Shown here in pieces: positions 51,595 to 64,000 of a stretch of 64,000 nucleotides of DNA (position 1 is its first letter; every line of letters begins with the position of its first letter). The notes under the pieces were generated by a model, which worked only from the letters and a program-made list of their open reading frames with translations, was not told the DNA's origin and did no database searches. Made by a program: the position numbers and the translations under genes. Source of the DNA: Lama guanicoe. Its lineage: Eukaryota. The DNA lies in assembly GCA_013239625.1 (NCBI GenBank), contig MU053304.1:3038001-3102000 (forward strand), given 5' to 3'.

Positions 51595-52045
51595 GTGCCG
51601 GCTGAGCAATGATCCCAATGATGTTCAGGTCCTAATTCCTGGAACCTGTGAATGTTACCTTGCATGGCTAAGGGGACTTCACAGATGGGATGAAGGATTT
51701 TGAGATGGGAAAATTATCCTGGATATCGAGGTGGCCCTAAATGCAATCACCGTGTCCTTATAAAAGGGACGCAGAGGGAGATTTGACTGCATAAGAGGAA
51801 GAAAATGATGTTGGGACTGGAAACAAGAAGTTGGAGTGATTCAAGGGAGGGATTATGAGTCAAGGACTGCACGAGGCCTCCAGAAATTAGAAAAGGCAGG
51901 GAAGTGGATTCTCCCTCAGAGCCCCCAGGAGGAGCCAGCTGAGCTGACACCTGGACTTGGACCCGATGAGGCTGATCTCAGACTTCCAGCCTGCAGAATA
52001 GATGTGTGCTGCTTGAAGCCACCAAGTGTCTATTTGATACAGTGG
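51595..52045 (+). mobile_element. MaLR LTR (MLT1D-like)
   Basis: GTCCTAATTCCTGGAACCTGTGAATGTTACCTT..GAGATGGGAAAATTATCCTGGAT..GATTCTCCCTCAGAGCC. Confidence 0.85.
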
Positions 52046-54954
52046 CAAAATTTGTGCAAATATAGGGGCTAAACGTACTTAACCTCCACAAGGTGAGCCA
52101 AGGTATGTTTTCTTTTCTTTATAATTGAAGTAGAGTTGACTGACAATGTAATATTCGTTTCAGATGTACAACGTGGTGATTCAACCTTTTTAGAGATTAC
52201 ACTCCATATAAAGTTATTATAAAACATTGGCCCTAGTCCCTGTGTTGTACAATACCTTCCTGTGTCTTATTTATTTTATACATAGTCGTTTGTACCTCTG
52301 AATCCCCTTCACCTGTCTTGCCCCTCCCCCCACCCCCTCCCCACTGCTAAGCACTGGTTTATGCTCTGTATTTGTGAGTCTGTTTCTGTTTTGTTATATT
52401 CATTTATTTTTTAGATTCCACATATAAATGAAAATATGCAGTGTTTGTCTTTCCCTGTCTGACTTATTTCACTAAGCATAACATTCCTGAGGTCCATCCA
52501 TGTTGCTGCAAATGGCAAAATTTCATACTTTTCTGTGGCTGAGTATATTTCAGTGTGTGTGTATGTGTATGTGTGTGTATCTTTATCCGTTCATCTGTTG
52601 GTGGACGCTTAAGTTGCTTTCACTTAAAGATAAAGAAACAGAAACAAACTTTGATGATGTAGAAACTAACAGAGTAGTTGCAGGGCCCAGAGAGAGCCCC
52701 ACATCTCCCTGGACTGGTCCCTGAAGCCTCATTCAGAATCTGTTTGTACAGACTCCAGGACACATTTCTCACCTGGCTTTTCTAGGTGCCCTAAGAAAGC
52801 TTCCAGGGCCTAAAGAATTTCCAAGTAACAAATGGGCCTGGAGTATAATGTTACTGACAAACAATAAGCCACACAGGAACAGGTTCCAAACCATTGCTTC
52901 TAGAGACTGTCTTAATAATGAGAACATTTAAAATGTCAGCAATGTTCAGGAGGAGTAAATCTTCTCATGACCTTGAGCAGAAATGGAGTGTCACAAAATT
53001 ACACTGCTCTGCCTCTTACGCTTCCAGAACTTTCTTTTGAAAGTCGGGTATCAGATAGTCACCCCCGGGAGTGAGTCAGTCCTGTCCTGATCCGCCAAAG
53101 GCACCGGAGAGTCCATGTTTAACCAGTCTGTCGCCTCCAGCGCACTCCTTGGTCTCTGCCTTGAAACCCAGGCCTCAAATCCTGGCCACCCCCACCAGCC
53201 GTGGAAGAAAGAACACTCTGATTATGAAGAACCTTGAGGGGTAGCCATCTGAGCCTTGTCAGTGGCAGGACAGATCGCTTCACCTCTTTATCCTGCTACT
53301 TATTAAACAGAAATAGCTGAGAAGTAAGACCGTGAAGAAAGCTGACAACGGTTAAAGGCATACGTTACAGAATAATCACCCAATGAGACCCAAAACCCCC
53401 TTTCATTTCCCCATGTCAGATGAGAGAACTCTCCAGGCTTCACCGATTGTATCTGAAGACAATAAAAAGTAACGTCTTAGGAACCAAACTGTGGTTACCA
53501 AAGGGGAAAGGGAGGGAAGGGGTAAATTAGGAGCTTGGGATTAACAGATTCACACTATTGTATATAAAAAAATAGATAAACAACAAGGACCTACTGTATA
53601 GCACAGGAACCTATATTCAGTTTTTTGTAATAAACTATAATGGAAAAGAATATGAAAATATACGCTTGCATATATGTATGCATATGTATAACTGAATCGC
53701 TTTGCTGTACACCTGAAAATAACATTGTAAATCAACTACATGTCAATAAAACATTAAATTAAAAAAATAAAATAATGTCTTATAGCTAAGGGGAGGAGTG
53801 AGGGGGAGGAAAAATTTGATATTTCTGGACATATGAGAACAATGCCATGGCCACAGGCCCAACAATCTGCCTTTTGTTCGCTTGCTTGCCCTTTGTCTCA
53901 TTACTGCAAAACATTTGAACGTTTGAACAACAGCTCCTACACCATCCCCAGGATATGCAAATAGTTTCATTTTTCAAAACCCATGGAGAAACTGAGTCAA
54001 GGAGCGTTCCAAAACCACAAAGTTTATTTCTAGCAAATGTGAGTGAGCTGTGCTTTACCCGCGCTGTCTGGCTGGGCCTTTCTTTGCAGCAAGCACCCAA
54101 GCGTGTCTCTCTCTTTCAAGAAACGTCATCTGCAGTTGCATCAGCCTTCTAGATAACCTGCGATTTTTCTACCTAAACGTGGTAACTGAATGTTGCAAAC
54201 TCTTCTTAAACTTTGGCTTTGCCCCAAGGAATGAAAGTAATGTCTTAGAGCCTGTGCAAGCTTTCAGTGCATGAAGAGTTTATGAATGAATCCCTGTAAG
54301 GCCGTTTTCTCTGTCTTTCAGATCCTCCTGTGTGTGTGTGTGGATGTGGGTGTATGTATGTGTGTATATAGGCATATATATATATATAGTTAATGGTTCT
54401 TAAGAAAATTTTCAACAGTCAACCCCAAGTTATCAGTTAGGGGAAACAGGTTACTTTCACCCAAACAGCACAGTGAGATTTTGGGGGTCAGGAGGGGAGG
54501 TATCTCTACTTGGGCAGAGTGAGGGGTCCACAGGCATCCTGGAGAAGTGGACCTTCCGCCTCCACCCACCCACCCATCCACCACTGTGGGTTTGCAGCAT
54601 TATCCTTAGAACAGCAGTCTGTTTTCCAGCAGTTCACAGCACCAGCGGTGGAGAAGAATTCATCTCTAGTCAAGAAGCTATCTGAAAATCAGACGTAAGA
54701 AAGCACTGGCTCCCCCTAGATCAGGTCAATAAGTGATGTGTAAGCACCTGGCCAAGGGGGCCTGGAAGAGTAACATTTAATACACAATTGTGGCTTCCAT
54801 CACTGCTGGGATAAAGACAAAATTCTTAACAAGCCCCTGAGCCCTGGTTGGTCCAGTCCCTGACAATCCCTCCAGCCTCATCTTGCTCGAAGCCCTGCTT
54901 CTGCCTCTGTCCTTCCCAGAGAAAGCCATCTTCCGGTCACTGGCTGACACTGTG

Positions 54955-55292
54955 CTCAAATCAGCAGACAATAGGTTTTTTTCTGTGAAGCACCAGGTAG
55001 TGAATGTTCTAGGCTTTGCAGGCAGAGGGTCTCCGTCATCACCGCTGCTCACTCTGCCATCATAGCACAAGTGTCCCCAGAAGTCGAGTACACAAATGGG
55101 CGAGACTGGGTTCCTGTGAAACGCAATGACACTGAAATTTCAGTTTCCTATAATTTTCACATCACAAAATATTATTTTCCCTTGATTTTTTTCCCCAATC
55201 AATTAAACCTGTAAAACTTAGTCTTAGTTCATGGGCTGAATAAAGCAAGTGGCAGGTCAGATTTGGCCCATGAGCCGTCATTTCCAACTCTT
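54955..55292. mobile_element. MER58B-like hAT-Charlie transposon
   Basis: TTTTCTGTGAAGCACCAGGTAGTGAATGTTCTAGGCTTTGC...GATTTGGCCCATGAGCCGTCATTTCCAACTCTTG. Confidence 0.75.
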
Positions 55293-55492
55293 GCTTTAAA
55301 TCACCTGCCCTTGCAAACTCCAGATGAGGCTCTGCTACTCACACAAAAAGGGTTGATGGCGGTAAACTTCCCTCAGCTACCTCATCAACAGATAAAACCT
55401 TAGGAAGTGGATGACCTGGAGACCACTGGAGAAACTGTGAATTCACCTTATGCACTAGCCATCACTGTGAGTTACCCTTTCACAAAGATGTC

Positions 55493-55886
55493 TGTATTCA
55501 TTTGCTTGGGCTTCCATAACAAAGTACCACAAACTGGATACTTACACAACAAAAGTCTATTGTCTCACAGTTCTGGAGGCTGGAAGTCCAAGATCAAGGT
55601 GCCAGTGTGGCTGATGTCTGCTGAGACCTCTCTCCGTGGCTTGGCAATGGCCGTCTTCCCATGGCGTCTTTACATGGTCTTTCTTCTTGGAGTGTCTGTT
55701 CCCTAGTCTCCTCTTCTCAGGACACCAGTCATACTGGAGGTGGTTCCACCCCCAATGACTTCACTGGGCCTTAATTATCTCTCTAAAGACCTTATCTCCA
55801 AGTATAGTCACAGCCTCAGGGACTAAGGTCAGGACATGAACATACACATTTTTTTTGAGGGGGGGGACACAATTCTGCCCATAACA
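55493..55886 (-). mobile_element. MaLR LTR (MLT1A-like)
   Basis: TGTATTCATTTGCTTGGGCTTCCATAACAAAGTACCACAAACTGG...GGGGACACAATTCTGCCCATAACA. Confidence 0.85.
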
Positions 55887-57689
55887 ATGCTTTTCATAGG
55901 AAATCTTCCATGATCATCCTTTTGTCGAAACCCAGTTGCCAAAGCGCTGGGGATGATATACACAGTAAATGACAAGACCGACCATTCTCATGGCTCAGCT
56001 GGGACTGACCCTTTGACTCCAGAGGAGACCTCTCTAATCGAAGCCCACCCAGATCAGCCACTTTCCTGTCTCAGTTAAGAACACTCGTCAAGGTTGCTGG
56101 TCCCAAACTGTCCAAACTTATTGGCCTAAAATAACCTCACGGGACTTTCAGGATGGCAGCACATGGACTCTGGATGCAAGGTCCTCTCCGGCGGTCCTGA
56201 GTCAGCCCACCGCACTTCACACCCTCCGAGGGAGCAGGAGAAACAGAGCTGCTCCCCGAGGCTGCAGCGCATCTGTGACAAATGACAGAGGCTGGGGGGC
56301 CTGGGGAGGAGGGTTGATTCCCTTCCCTTCACATCCCTGGTTTTCCACCTGGCAAAACCACACAGGCAAGATGAATGGGCTCTTTCCCCTCACCTTCACA
56401 TGCACATTTTCCAAAACAGCCTTCTGCGCGCTCATGGCTCCCGTATGCCGACACCATGAGGCAGTTCTGAGACCCTGTGCGAGGACCAGTTTCACTTTCA
56501 CGCCTAGAAATATGTGAAGATCTTCTCCCAAAAGAAAAGAAAAAAGTGGCAGACTGTAGTAAAACACCCAAAAAGTGACAGCAGCACTTGAGACGGTTCA
56601 ATTTTGGGGAAAATGGTCTGTAGGTGAAATAATAATTTCTGTGAACTGAACTTGAGAAAATGTCAAGTTCCTGATTATCTCCAGGGTGGGTGGGATAAAA
56701 GTGAAGTTTTGTCTTTGTAATCTTTCGGTGTTTTCCAGTTTTTCTACAATAAACATGTGTTACCTTTGAAATAAAAAACAATCGATGCAGTTTCTTTAAA
56801 TGATTTACTGTTAGGATATGTGACAGTTTATTCGCAGAAAAAGACACTTGGATTTATTTTTGTTACTTTGGTTTTCACACCATCCCTGCCCCGAGGATAC
56901 ACAAACAAGCGCCCACAGAGCTGTTTTCACATAACTGAGATGAAACTTCGTAGCTAAATTTCTATTCTCTGTGTTTTTGCTTCACATTCCTAGTGTGACT
57001 ACCTGGGGAAAGCTATCTGGGTGTTTCCAGACGTGGGTTCCCTTGAAAGCCCAGCCCCCATCAGCTTCCTGTGTGCGGTCCCAGGGCAGCCGGAGTGAGG
57101 AGCAGGAGGTGGGTTGGGACGGAGGACCAGGCCTGGCCAGCAGGCACAGCCCACAGTCAATCCCACAGCCACCAGCTCACTCCTGGGCTCCGCTAAGGCC
57201 GGGGGGGACCCGGTGCCTCAGAACGTTGTTGCAGGGGAGCCAAAGGGAGACATCTGGTCTCCTGACTCTGGCTGGTCCACATCCATCCATGGGGGTTAAC
57301 CTTTGCCTTCCTGGCTCCTGCTATATCCAATGCTTGGGGAGCTGGTCAGAGGGGACCCAGGTGCTGGCTTTCTGGCTCCTCCATTGGGCTGATGGAGGCC
57401 CGGTGGGGGACTGGCTGAGAGCAGGAGAGGGGACAGCGGCTGCAGGCTGGGACTCCACTGAGCTGGCAGGCGAGGCCCAGCGGGCAGGGGACCGAGGGAA
57501 TCTGGGGAGACATTCACTCAAGTTCCTGTCACCTGCCTTCTAAACCACACACCTTGAATCTGCACGAATGAGAAGTCCTTTCTCCCCTCAAATGTCAAAT
57601 TATTTCTTAGTCTCAGGTAACCTTTTCATTGAAAATAACTGCTGAAATACTTCGCGGCCAGCCCCGTATTTAAACGGCCCGGCACAGTC

Positions 57690-57734
57690 CGTCACAGCCT
57701 GCACCACAAGGCCATCCCTGCTGGGCTGTGGACG
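57690..57734 (+). other. Putative non-coding first exon (start approximate)
   Basis: Lies ~20-60 nt downstream of TATTTAAA, contains no ATG, and ends at a consensus 5' splice site GTAAGC. Confidence 0.5.
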
Positions 57735-58167
57735 GTAAGCCGCAGCCCTGCAGCCCAGCGGCCCCACTCTCGGCTCCCGAAGAGGAGGCCTGGATAAAGG
57801 ACAGGAGGACAGCCTTGCCCTTACCCTCGGGACAGGCAAACCGATACCCGCCGGAGGGAAAACCTTGCTCCGGCCAGTTGCCGACTCGATCCAGCGGCTC
57901 CCCTAAAACAAGGCATCGATCCAGTAGTCTGGGCCTCGGAACGCAGCCCTTAATCCCCGGAAGCGAATGCACCCCTCGTGCGGGGCGGGGAGCCAGGAGG
58001 GACGCAGCCCCACGGAGGCCCGGGGCCACGCGGGAGGCCCTGGGACCCAGGCCGCAGCGCTGAGCCTCGTTTCCGGGACGCGGCGCGGGGTCGGCGAGGG
58101 CGTCCGCCTGCCCCGGGGTCCGCGCGTCCGAGCGCAGGCAGCCAGCTCACCGCGCGCACACGCCCGC

Positions 58168-58347
58168 ACTGTCGACCTCTGGGGTCGCAAAATTCTGCGT
58201 TGTGGGGGCTGCCTCGGGCACTGTAGGGTGTTTGGCCGCAAGGAGCACCCCCCGCCGCCGCCACCAGTTGTAACTGACCAAAATTGTCTCCAGATGTGGC
58301 CAAATGTCTCCCCAGGGGCAAAATCGTCCCTGATTGAGAATCGCTGC
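58168..58347. mobile_element. MER20 embedded in the CpG island
   Basis: AATTCTGCGTTGTGGGGGCTGCCTCGGGCACTGTAGGGTGTTTGGC...GTCTCCAGATGTGGCCAAATGTCTCCCCAGGGGCAAAATCG..GATTGAGAATCGCTG. Confidence 0.8.
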
Positions 58348-59407
58348 TATTGCGCTTCAGAAACAGTCAGTGAACAGTTGTAACGACGCCTTTTTCTTGG
58401 TGTCGCTGAGCCTGCTTCCCCGGCGTTCGCTCGATTTCAGGTCGTCATCATTGTATCAGGATCATTCAGGCTCCAACCTGGCCGGCAGCCTTCACTCTTT
58501 TCTTCCGCCACCCCCACCCCACAGCCTCTCACCAGCCCTGACCGCCCCAGGGCTTCTGGAATCCACGCTGTCCTCCCATGCATCCGACCACCAGGGTCCC
58601 GGTGTTCCAGCCGCTGGGCGCCTCCTTTCTGGGGGCTCCTCGTTGCCCTCCTGGCCCAGGTCTTGTCTCCCACGTCCACTTTCCTCATAGCAACAAAGTG
58701 TGCGTATGCACACCTCGGCAGTCACCCCTGTGATTAAAAACTCTTCGCTGGTTTCCCATCAGTTCCAGGATAAGGTCCAAGCCCCTCACAGGTCCTCCAA
58801 GCCTCTCCCATTACCTTTTCCTCTGTGATCTCTCAATTTAATCTCTTAACTGGTCCCACTTTCCTCTTAACTCATCAACATCGCCCCCGCGCATACGCCT
58901 TGACTGTAGCCTTTGTGCCACGGAGCGTGCTGCTCCATCTGCCTGGGCTGTCTTCCAGCCCAGTCTTCCTCATTTCTGCTTCAAGTTCACACTGTCCAGG
59001 GATCCTTCACTGACCCTCCCATGCGGACCTGCGGGGCACACCTCTACTGTCGCACTTCCCACATGGAGCCACCAGGTGGCAGCACAGGGCTGTGTTCGAG
59101 AGCCGCACAGGGGCCACTCTACCTGAGTTCAACCACCCTCTCTACCAACTGCTGGTTAAATGACCCTGGGTAAATCAGCTAATGCCTCTCTGTGGCTCAT
59201 TTGCTTTCTCTAAAAGGTGGAGGTAAAAGGGAATCTTCTCCATAGAATCGTTGTGTGGATTATATGAGCTAATATGTGAAAAGTGCCCAGAAAGTCCCAT
59301 GGTAAACGTTCAGTAAGAACTAACTGTTGAATCTCGTTATCTGTTGAAGTGCCTGCCTCTCCCAGCATCCTGTGATTAATATTTCATGTTTAAACATGAG
59401 TAGGAGA

Positions 59408-61010
59408 TACCTGGCCAATTAATAATACCTGCTCTGACCCTGGCCATAGGTACAAATTTTCTTCTGAAGTTACTCAAGCTCAGTCAGAGCAGCAAGCAAC
59501 AGCCTGACGCAGGGAACCGGATACATCGTTCTGTCCGGGAATCGTGATTATAACCGTGTAACTGTAGATGTGGGCAGAAGCAACAAGAGGGAATTTCTCC
59601 TGGGCATCATAGACTAGCAAGACAGGTGGTCCAGAGAATCTGGGCTACTGTTAATAAGACTTAGTCTTGTAATAGCACATTGAGTGTCCTATCAACAAAA
59701 TCCCGGCCTGACCTAGGACTGAGCATTCCTAGCTCTGCGGGACAAAGTGGTCATGAAATGCCTCCCAAGCCGTGGTCAAATTTATGACCATGAGAGCACT
59801 TGCCACCTGCCTCTACAAGGATTAAGTCGCAAGCCCCTGAGGTCACTGACCTTCAGCACACCCTGAGAAGAGTTCAGGACAGAGATCAGGAACGAGGCAC
59901 CCTCTGCTCTGGGGAAACTGGGAAACAGGCCTTCAGATGGTGAGATATTTTCAGATTTTAGGAGCCCAAATTCTTGCATCTCCTCGTATCTAGGAAAGCA
60001 CTGAGATCATTAACGGTGACATTTACTTTGGCCATTAGGGAGAGCTGTCTGCCAAAACCACAGGGGTCTTGACACCCTATGCCGATGTTTACTTCTTTGT
60101 CACTAAACAGGTCTCTGACTGGTTCTCCAGTGCCTTTTCCTGGATCCCTGAAGGCATACGGTCTTTCTTTTTAGACATTCTCAAACTTCTTCTCTCTGTT
60201 TTTACCGGGTTTAGCTCTTTATGTTGATATACACTTACTTTTGTGTTGTATCCCTCTCTTACAAAAACAATTGTCACCGTTTGAGGTCCAAGAACTTAGG
60301 AGCAAATACCCTCCTCCTACCAAAACTGCTGCCATGAACCAAGCCAGCACCTTGGTGATGCAGCCCTTGGACACTGCTGGAGTCTCCTTCCGCTCCCATC
60401 TGTAAGGCTGCTGGGATGATGGGGCCCCGTGACACCAGATAGATTGGCAATGTAGGTAGGGACAGCCCCTCCGTTCAGCAGGAAGTTGATACGGATGAGA
60501 CCTTCGCCCATTCCAGAGATTTGTCACTGCCAATATGTAAGGGGGATGTGGGGCCAAATGACGTCCTTCAAAGTCCAGTGACTCCCATTTCTGGGCTCTC
60601 AGATGCCTGCCTGTGATCCCTCAACAGATAAAGTATACTCTTTACTGGGCATCTTTGCCCTAACAACCTCATAGCCCTAGGTAATGCCTAATCTCACAAT
60701 AGCTCAGGCTGGTTCATTTATAGGAGCCATAATCCCCACTGCCCTTCCCGGACCCTAAGCCTCTTACCTCACCTACAACCAGAGACTTGTGCACAAGGTC
60801 ATCAGGCATCTTGTGACCCGACCTTATAAAAAACCCCAGCAGCCAACCGTCGGAGCTCACGCAGGCATCTCTCCTCTGTGTGGCCTAATAAGCCCCTTTT
60901 CTATGCTAAAAAAAAAAGAAAAGAAAAGAAAGGAAAAGAAAAGAGAAGAGAAGAGAAGAGAAAAGGAAAGAGAAAAGAAAAGGAAAGGAAGGAAGGAAGG
61001 TAGAAAAGCA
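59408..61010 (+). mobile_element. ERV1-class internal 3' region, PPT and U3-R LTR, ending in a poly(A)/(GAAAA)n tail and flanked by a 16-bp TSD
   Basis: ERV1-like internal end CAGCAGGAAG..CCTTCGCCCATT; PPT AAGGGGGA 60539-60546; LTR starts TG at 60547; TATAAAAA 60825-60832; AATAAG 60887-60892; A-tail from 60908; TSD 59392-59407 / 61011-61026. Confidence 0.75.
60908..61010. repeat. Purine-rich A/(GAAAA)n/(GGAA)n simple repeat
   Basis: Directly visible. Confidence 0.95.
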
Positions 61011-62467
61011 AAAAATGAATAGGAGAGAGTCGACTTCACAGGAGCCTGTTAATTCTATCCTAGGGGTCTCACATTTTCTAAATTATTTGTAAAATCTGTA
61101 ACTACCCCCACCTTCCTCCTTTTCCCCCTGTGACCTCACTCCCCACCCCCATCCCGCCAACCACCCTTCTTTGGTTTCAAAGTCCTGCCTGGTTCACTGC
61201 TGCCTCAGGGTAAAGTCTTAATGTCTCCTCCCTCCCAGTTTACAAAGGTTACGGAGGTGGGGGGGCTTCTGGCTTAACTCTAGGAACCTGGAGTTCCTTC
61301 TCACTCCCCTTTCAAGAAAGGAAGAAGTCAAGGGACGAGCGAGGCCTGAGACGAGGTGGAGAGGGAGAGAGCCTGGCTCTTCCCGCCACGGAGGACCTGG
61401 GGGACCCCAAGCCCCACTTGCCGTCTGAGTGCACCCAAACCAGACAGATGGAAGAACCGCAGGCCGAGCCCTGCCAGCTCACAGAAGCGCGGGGGTTGAT
61501 AGAGCAGCTGTTGCCTTAAGCCATCAAGTCTTGGGGTGCTTCGTGACATAACCATAGGTCACAGAAACTGTCATTCTTAGTTACTAGTGTGTTTTCTGAG
61601 AAGACTCCAGCTTTGCTCCATGCTGGCTGTTCCAAGTTCTGACTGTACACGGCTGCCCCAGGCTGTTGTGTGCTCAGTGCCCAGGGGAAAACAGGCATTT
61701 TAGCAAACCCAGTGTGTCTAGCTCTGACCCTAGCTGGACGTTCTCCCGGGCAAGGACAGACACACTTCATCCTTCTCTGAGCTCAAGGCCAGAGAACAAT
61801 CAGTGCCCACTAAATGTGCAATAAATTGAGCTGAACTGAATGTAACTCCCTGTAATTTGACTCTAGTTTCACTATCTCTGTTTTCTATGGAGATAATGAA
61901 AAATTGGTAGCCTAAAGATAACCTTTTACATTCCAAAAGTGTATTCAATTTCCCTTGGAAATTGACTGGCTAAAGAAAAAAATCATGTTTATTTGATTAA
62001 GCACATTAATAATTTTTCTGAAATAAAAATGCCCTGGAAATACCTGTGTGCTTGAAATCTAACCTTGAGGTTTCAGTCACAGGTGAAATCTAGCTATGTG
62101 GCCCTGACCAAGTGACGAGTTATGACCCTCAAATCACAGAAAGGACAGGGGGACCAAAGGCTGGACACGGACAGTCAGGACACGTGTCTAGACCTGACTG
62201 GGGATGCCCGAAGCCTCGCCTGCATTGCTAAGACCGCTGGCGTTTTGATCCCAGCCGTCGCCTACATCAAAGAAGCAATAAAGGCAAAACCATGAAAACC
62301 TTCATTCACTCACTCACTCACTCACTTACTCACTCAGTAAAGCCTTGTTGGGCCTGTTGACCACGTTCCCCAGGCCCAGGACGGCTCTGGGAATACGGCA
62401 TTACCAGCCACGGTGACGCATTCATCCAACCGCAAACCAGTCTCCAGAGAGACAGTGAACACCCGCT

Positions 62468-62925
62468 GTGTCAGTTTCCTATTGCTGCTGTAATAGGTCA
62501 GCACACAATGTGTGGCTTAAAACACAAATTTATTGTCTGACAGTCCTTGAGCTGGAAAGCCTCATTGGGTCCCACTGGGAGAAGATCCAGGGGACAGCAG
62601 GTCACGTCTCCTGAGGCTCTAGGAGGAGCTGTTTCCTTGCCTCTTCCAGCTTCTAGAGGCGGCCTGCATTTCTTGACTTGGAACCCATGTCTGGCAATTG
62701 CCTCGCTCTGATCCCCGCTTTTGTTGTCACATCTTCACTGACTACCCCCTTCTCCCTCCCTCTTAGAAGAACTTGTAGTTATGTTGGGCCTAGTCAGATG
62801 TTCCAAGATTCTTTCCGTCTCAAAATCTTTCACTTAATCACACCTGTGAAGTCCATATTCAGAGGTTCTGGGGATTAGGAAGAGCACATCTTGGTTGGGG
62901 GGGGCATTATTCTGCCAGCTACCCC
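62468..62925 (-). mobile_element. MaLR LTR (MLT1D-like)
   Basis: TGTGTCAGTTTCCTATTGCTGCTGTAA..GGCTTAAAACACAAATTTATT..TTCCTTGCCTCTTCCAGCTTCTAGAGG..GGCATTATTCTGCC. Confidence 0.85.
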
Positions 62926-64000
62926 CACCCAATGCACAACACATACCAGCTACCGTAGAAGACCCAAAATAGTTAGGGCCATGATCTGTAGAAAATTCCT
63001 GCAGGATGAGAAATGTCTTCATCCTTCCCTGAACATGCAGATTCCTGGGCCTTAAGTCTTGAGCAGAACCCGTGAGTCTTCATTTTAACTACACTCTAAA
63101 GCGATTCCAAGGCAAAAGAGCAGTGGACCACGCCTGAGGACCACTACCCTAGATCTTAACAAATGCAGTGAAATAGTCCGTAGAATTGAATCTAGTGGAT
63201 TCGCTAGATTTAAATCTCTGAGGAGCTTCTTTTATGGGAATTTATATTACTGCAGTTTAATATAAACAAAAGCCATCTAACTGATCTACTCTGAATGCAA
63301 TATTAGTTTATCTTTAAGGGTATAGACTAATTTACTTACGGCTGTGAAAGAATGTGTTTAAAGCTTAAAGAGATCTATAAACATGAAGCGTTACCTGGCT
63401 GCACTGCGAGCAACTATACATAGATTACAGGGCATCTTCTTAAAACCAAGGTCACAGAGTTGAAAATAAACCCTTTGTCACTGTTCTAAATTTAAGCCTA
63501 AGACAATGTTTAAGCAATTTGGATTCTACAAACAAAAAATAAGTTTTCCAGGACCAACAGTCTTTCCAACATTTTACTAGTTAAGGGACGCATATTCTCC
63601 TATTACTTGAAATAGGTAAACCAGCAGCTATGCCCTTTCTACAGCTAATACGGGAAATACCATATTAAGAAGGAAACAGATTTCTTGAATATGTATAAGC
63701 ACATCTGACTGTCCTCTATGACTGGATTACTGCATTCTGTTGATTCTTATTTTGTAGTTGGCATTATTCCTTTGATAACTATGTAGGTTTAAAAAGCTAA
63801 AGCTCTAATCTGTTCTTAGAAACAATGATCAGTACATACATGTAAACTAAAAAAATGTGCCGTATATACTGTATATATGTATTTACATGCAATATAATAT
63901 GTATCAGCAATCAAACTATAATAATTCTACCTAATAAAACTGAAAGTGGAAAAAAAAGAAGGAGACAGGTTATAGAACAAAGAATAATGTTATCACTTCA

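Larger units (their letters stand above)
57640..58640 (+). promoter_or_regulatory. CpG island promoter of a plus-strand gene divergent from CCL20, probably SLC19A3 or an SLC19A3-like paralog
   Basis: The only long CpG-dense, GC-rich stretch in the window. TATTTAAA at 57667-57674 and a donor ACG|GTAAGC at 57735. The gene identity rests only on recalled mammalian synteny (SLC19A3 head-to-head with CCL20, then DAW1). Confidence 0.7.

Noticed and set aside
56971..58725. Many overlapping 80-190 aa ORFs on both strands
   Set aside because: Expected stop-codon scarcity in GC-rich CpG-island DNA; no recognisable protein, including no SLC19A3 coding sequence.

Overview
Mammalian genomic DNA, very probably a camelid, judged from two tRNA-Ala-derived Vic-1-type SINEs at 2.2-2.5 kb and cetartiodactyl-type L1 3' ends. 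The only intact protein-coding gene I can read is the chemokine CCL20 (minus strand, 4 exons, 97 aa, 17446-20159), with its NF-kB/TATA promoter and AU-rich 3'UTR. A CpG island with a TATA-like box and a splice donor at ~57.7 kb marks the first exon of a plus-strand gene; synteny suggests SLC19A3 or a paralog, but no coding exon lies in the window. The most striking structure is an intronless, decayed ABCG2-like retrocopy upstream of CCL20, split into two opposite-facing halves. A ~5.2 kb inversion with the 7-bp microhomology CACCCAT at both ends joins these halves reciprocally to two halves of an old L1. Re-inverting the segment restores the ABCG2 frame across the junction and a continuous L1 ORF2 sequence. 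Also present: an ERV1 transcript apparently retroposed by L1 (poly(A) tail, 16-bp TSD, no U5), several candidate CCL20 enhancer motif clusters, and small duplications/inversions. The rest is ordinary interspersed repeat (L1, L2, MIR, MLT1, MER elements), and nearly all ORFs in the supplied track are spurious. Repeat families were assigned from memory and their boundaries are approximate. I found no evidence for a wholly new biological system beyond these structures.
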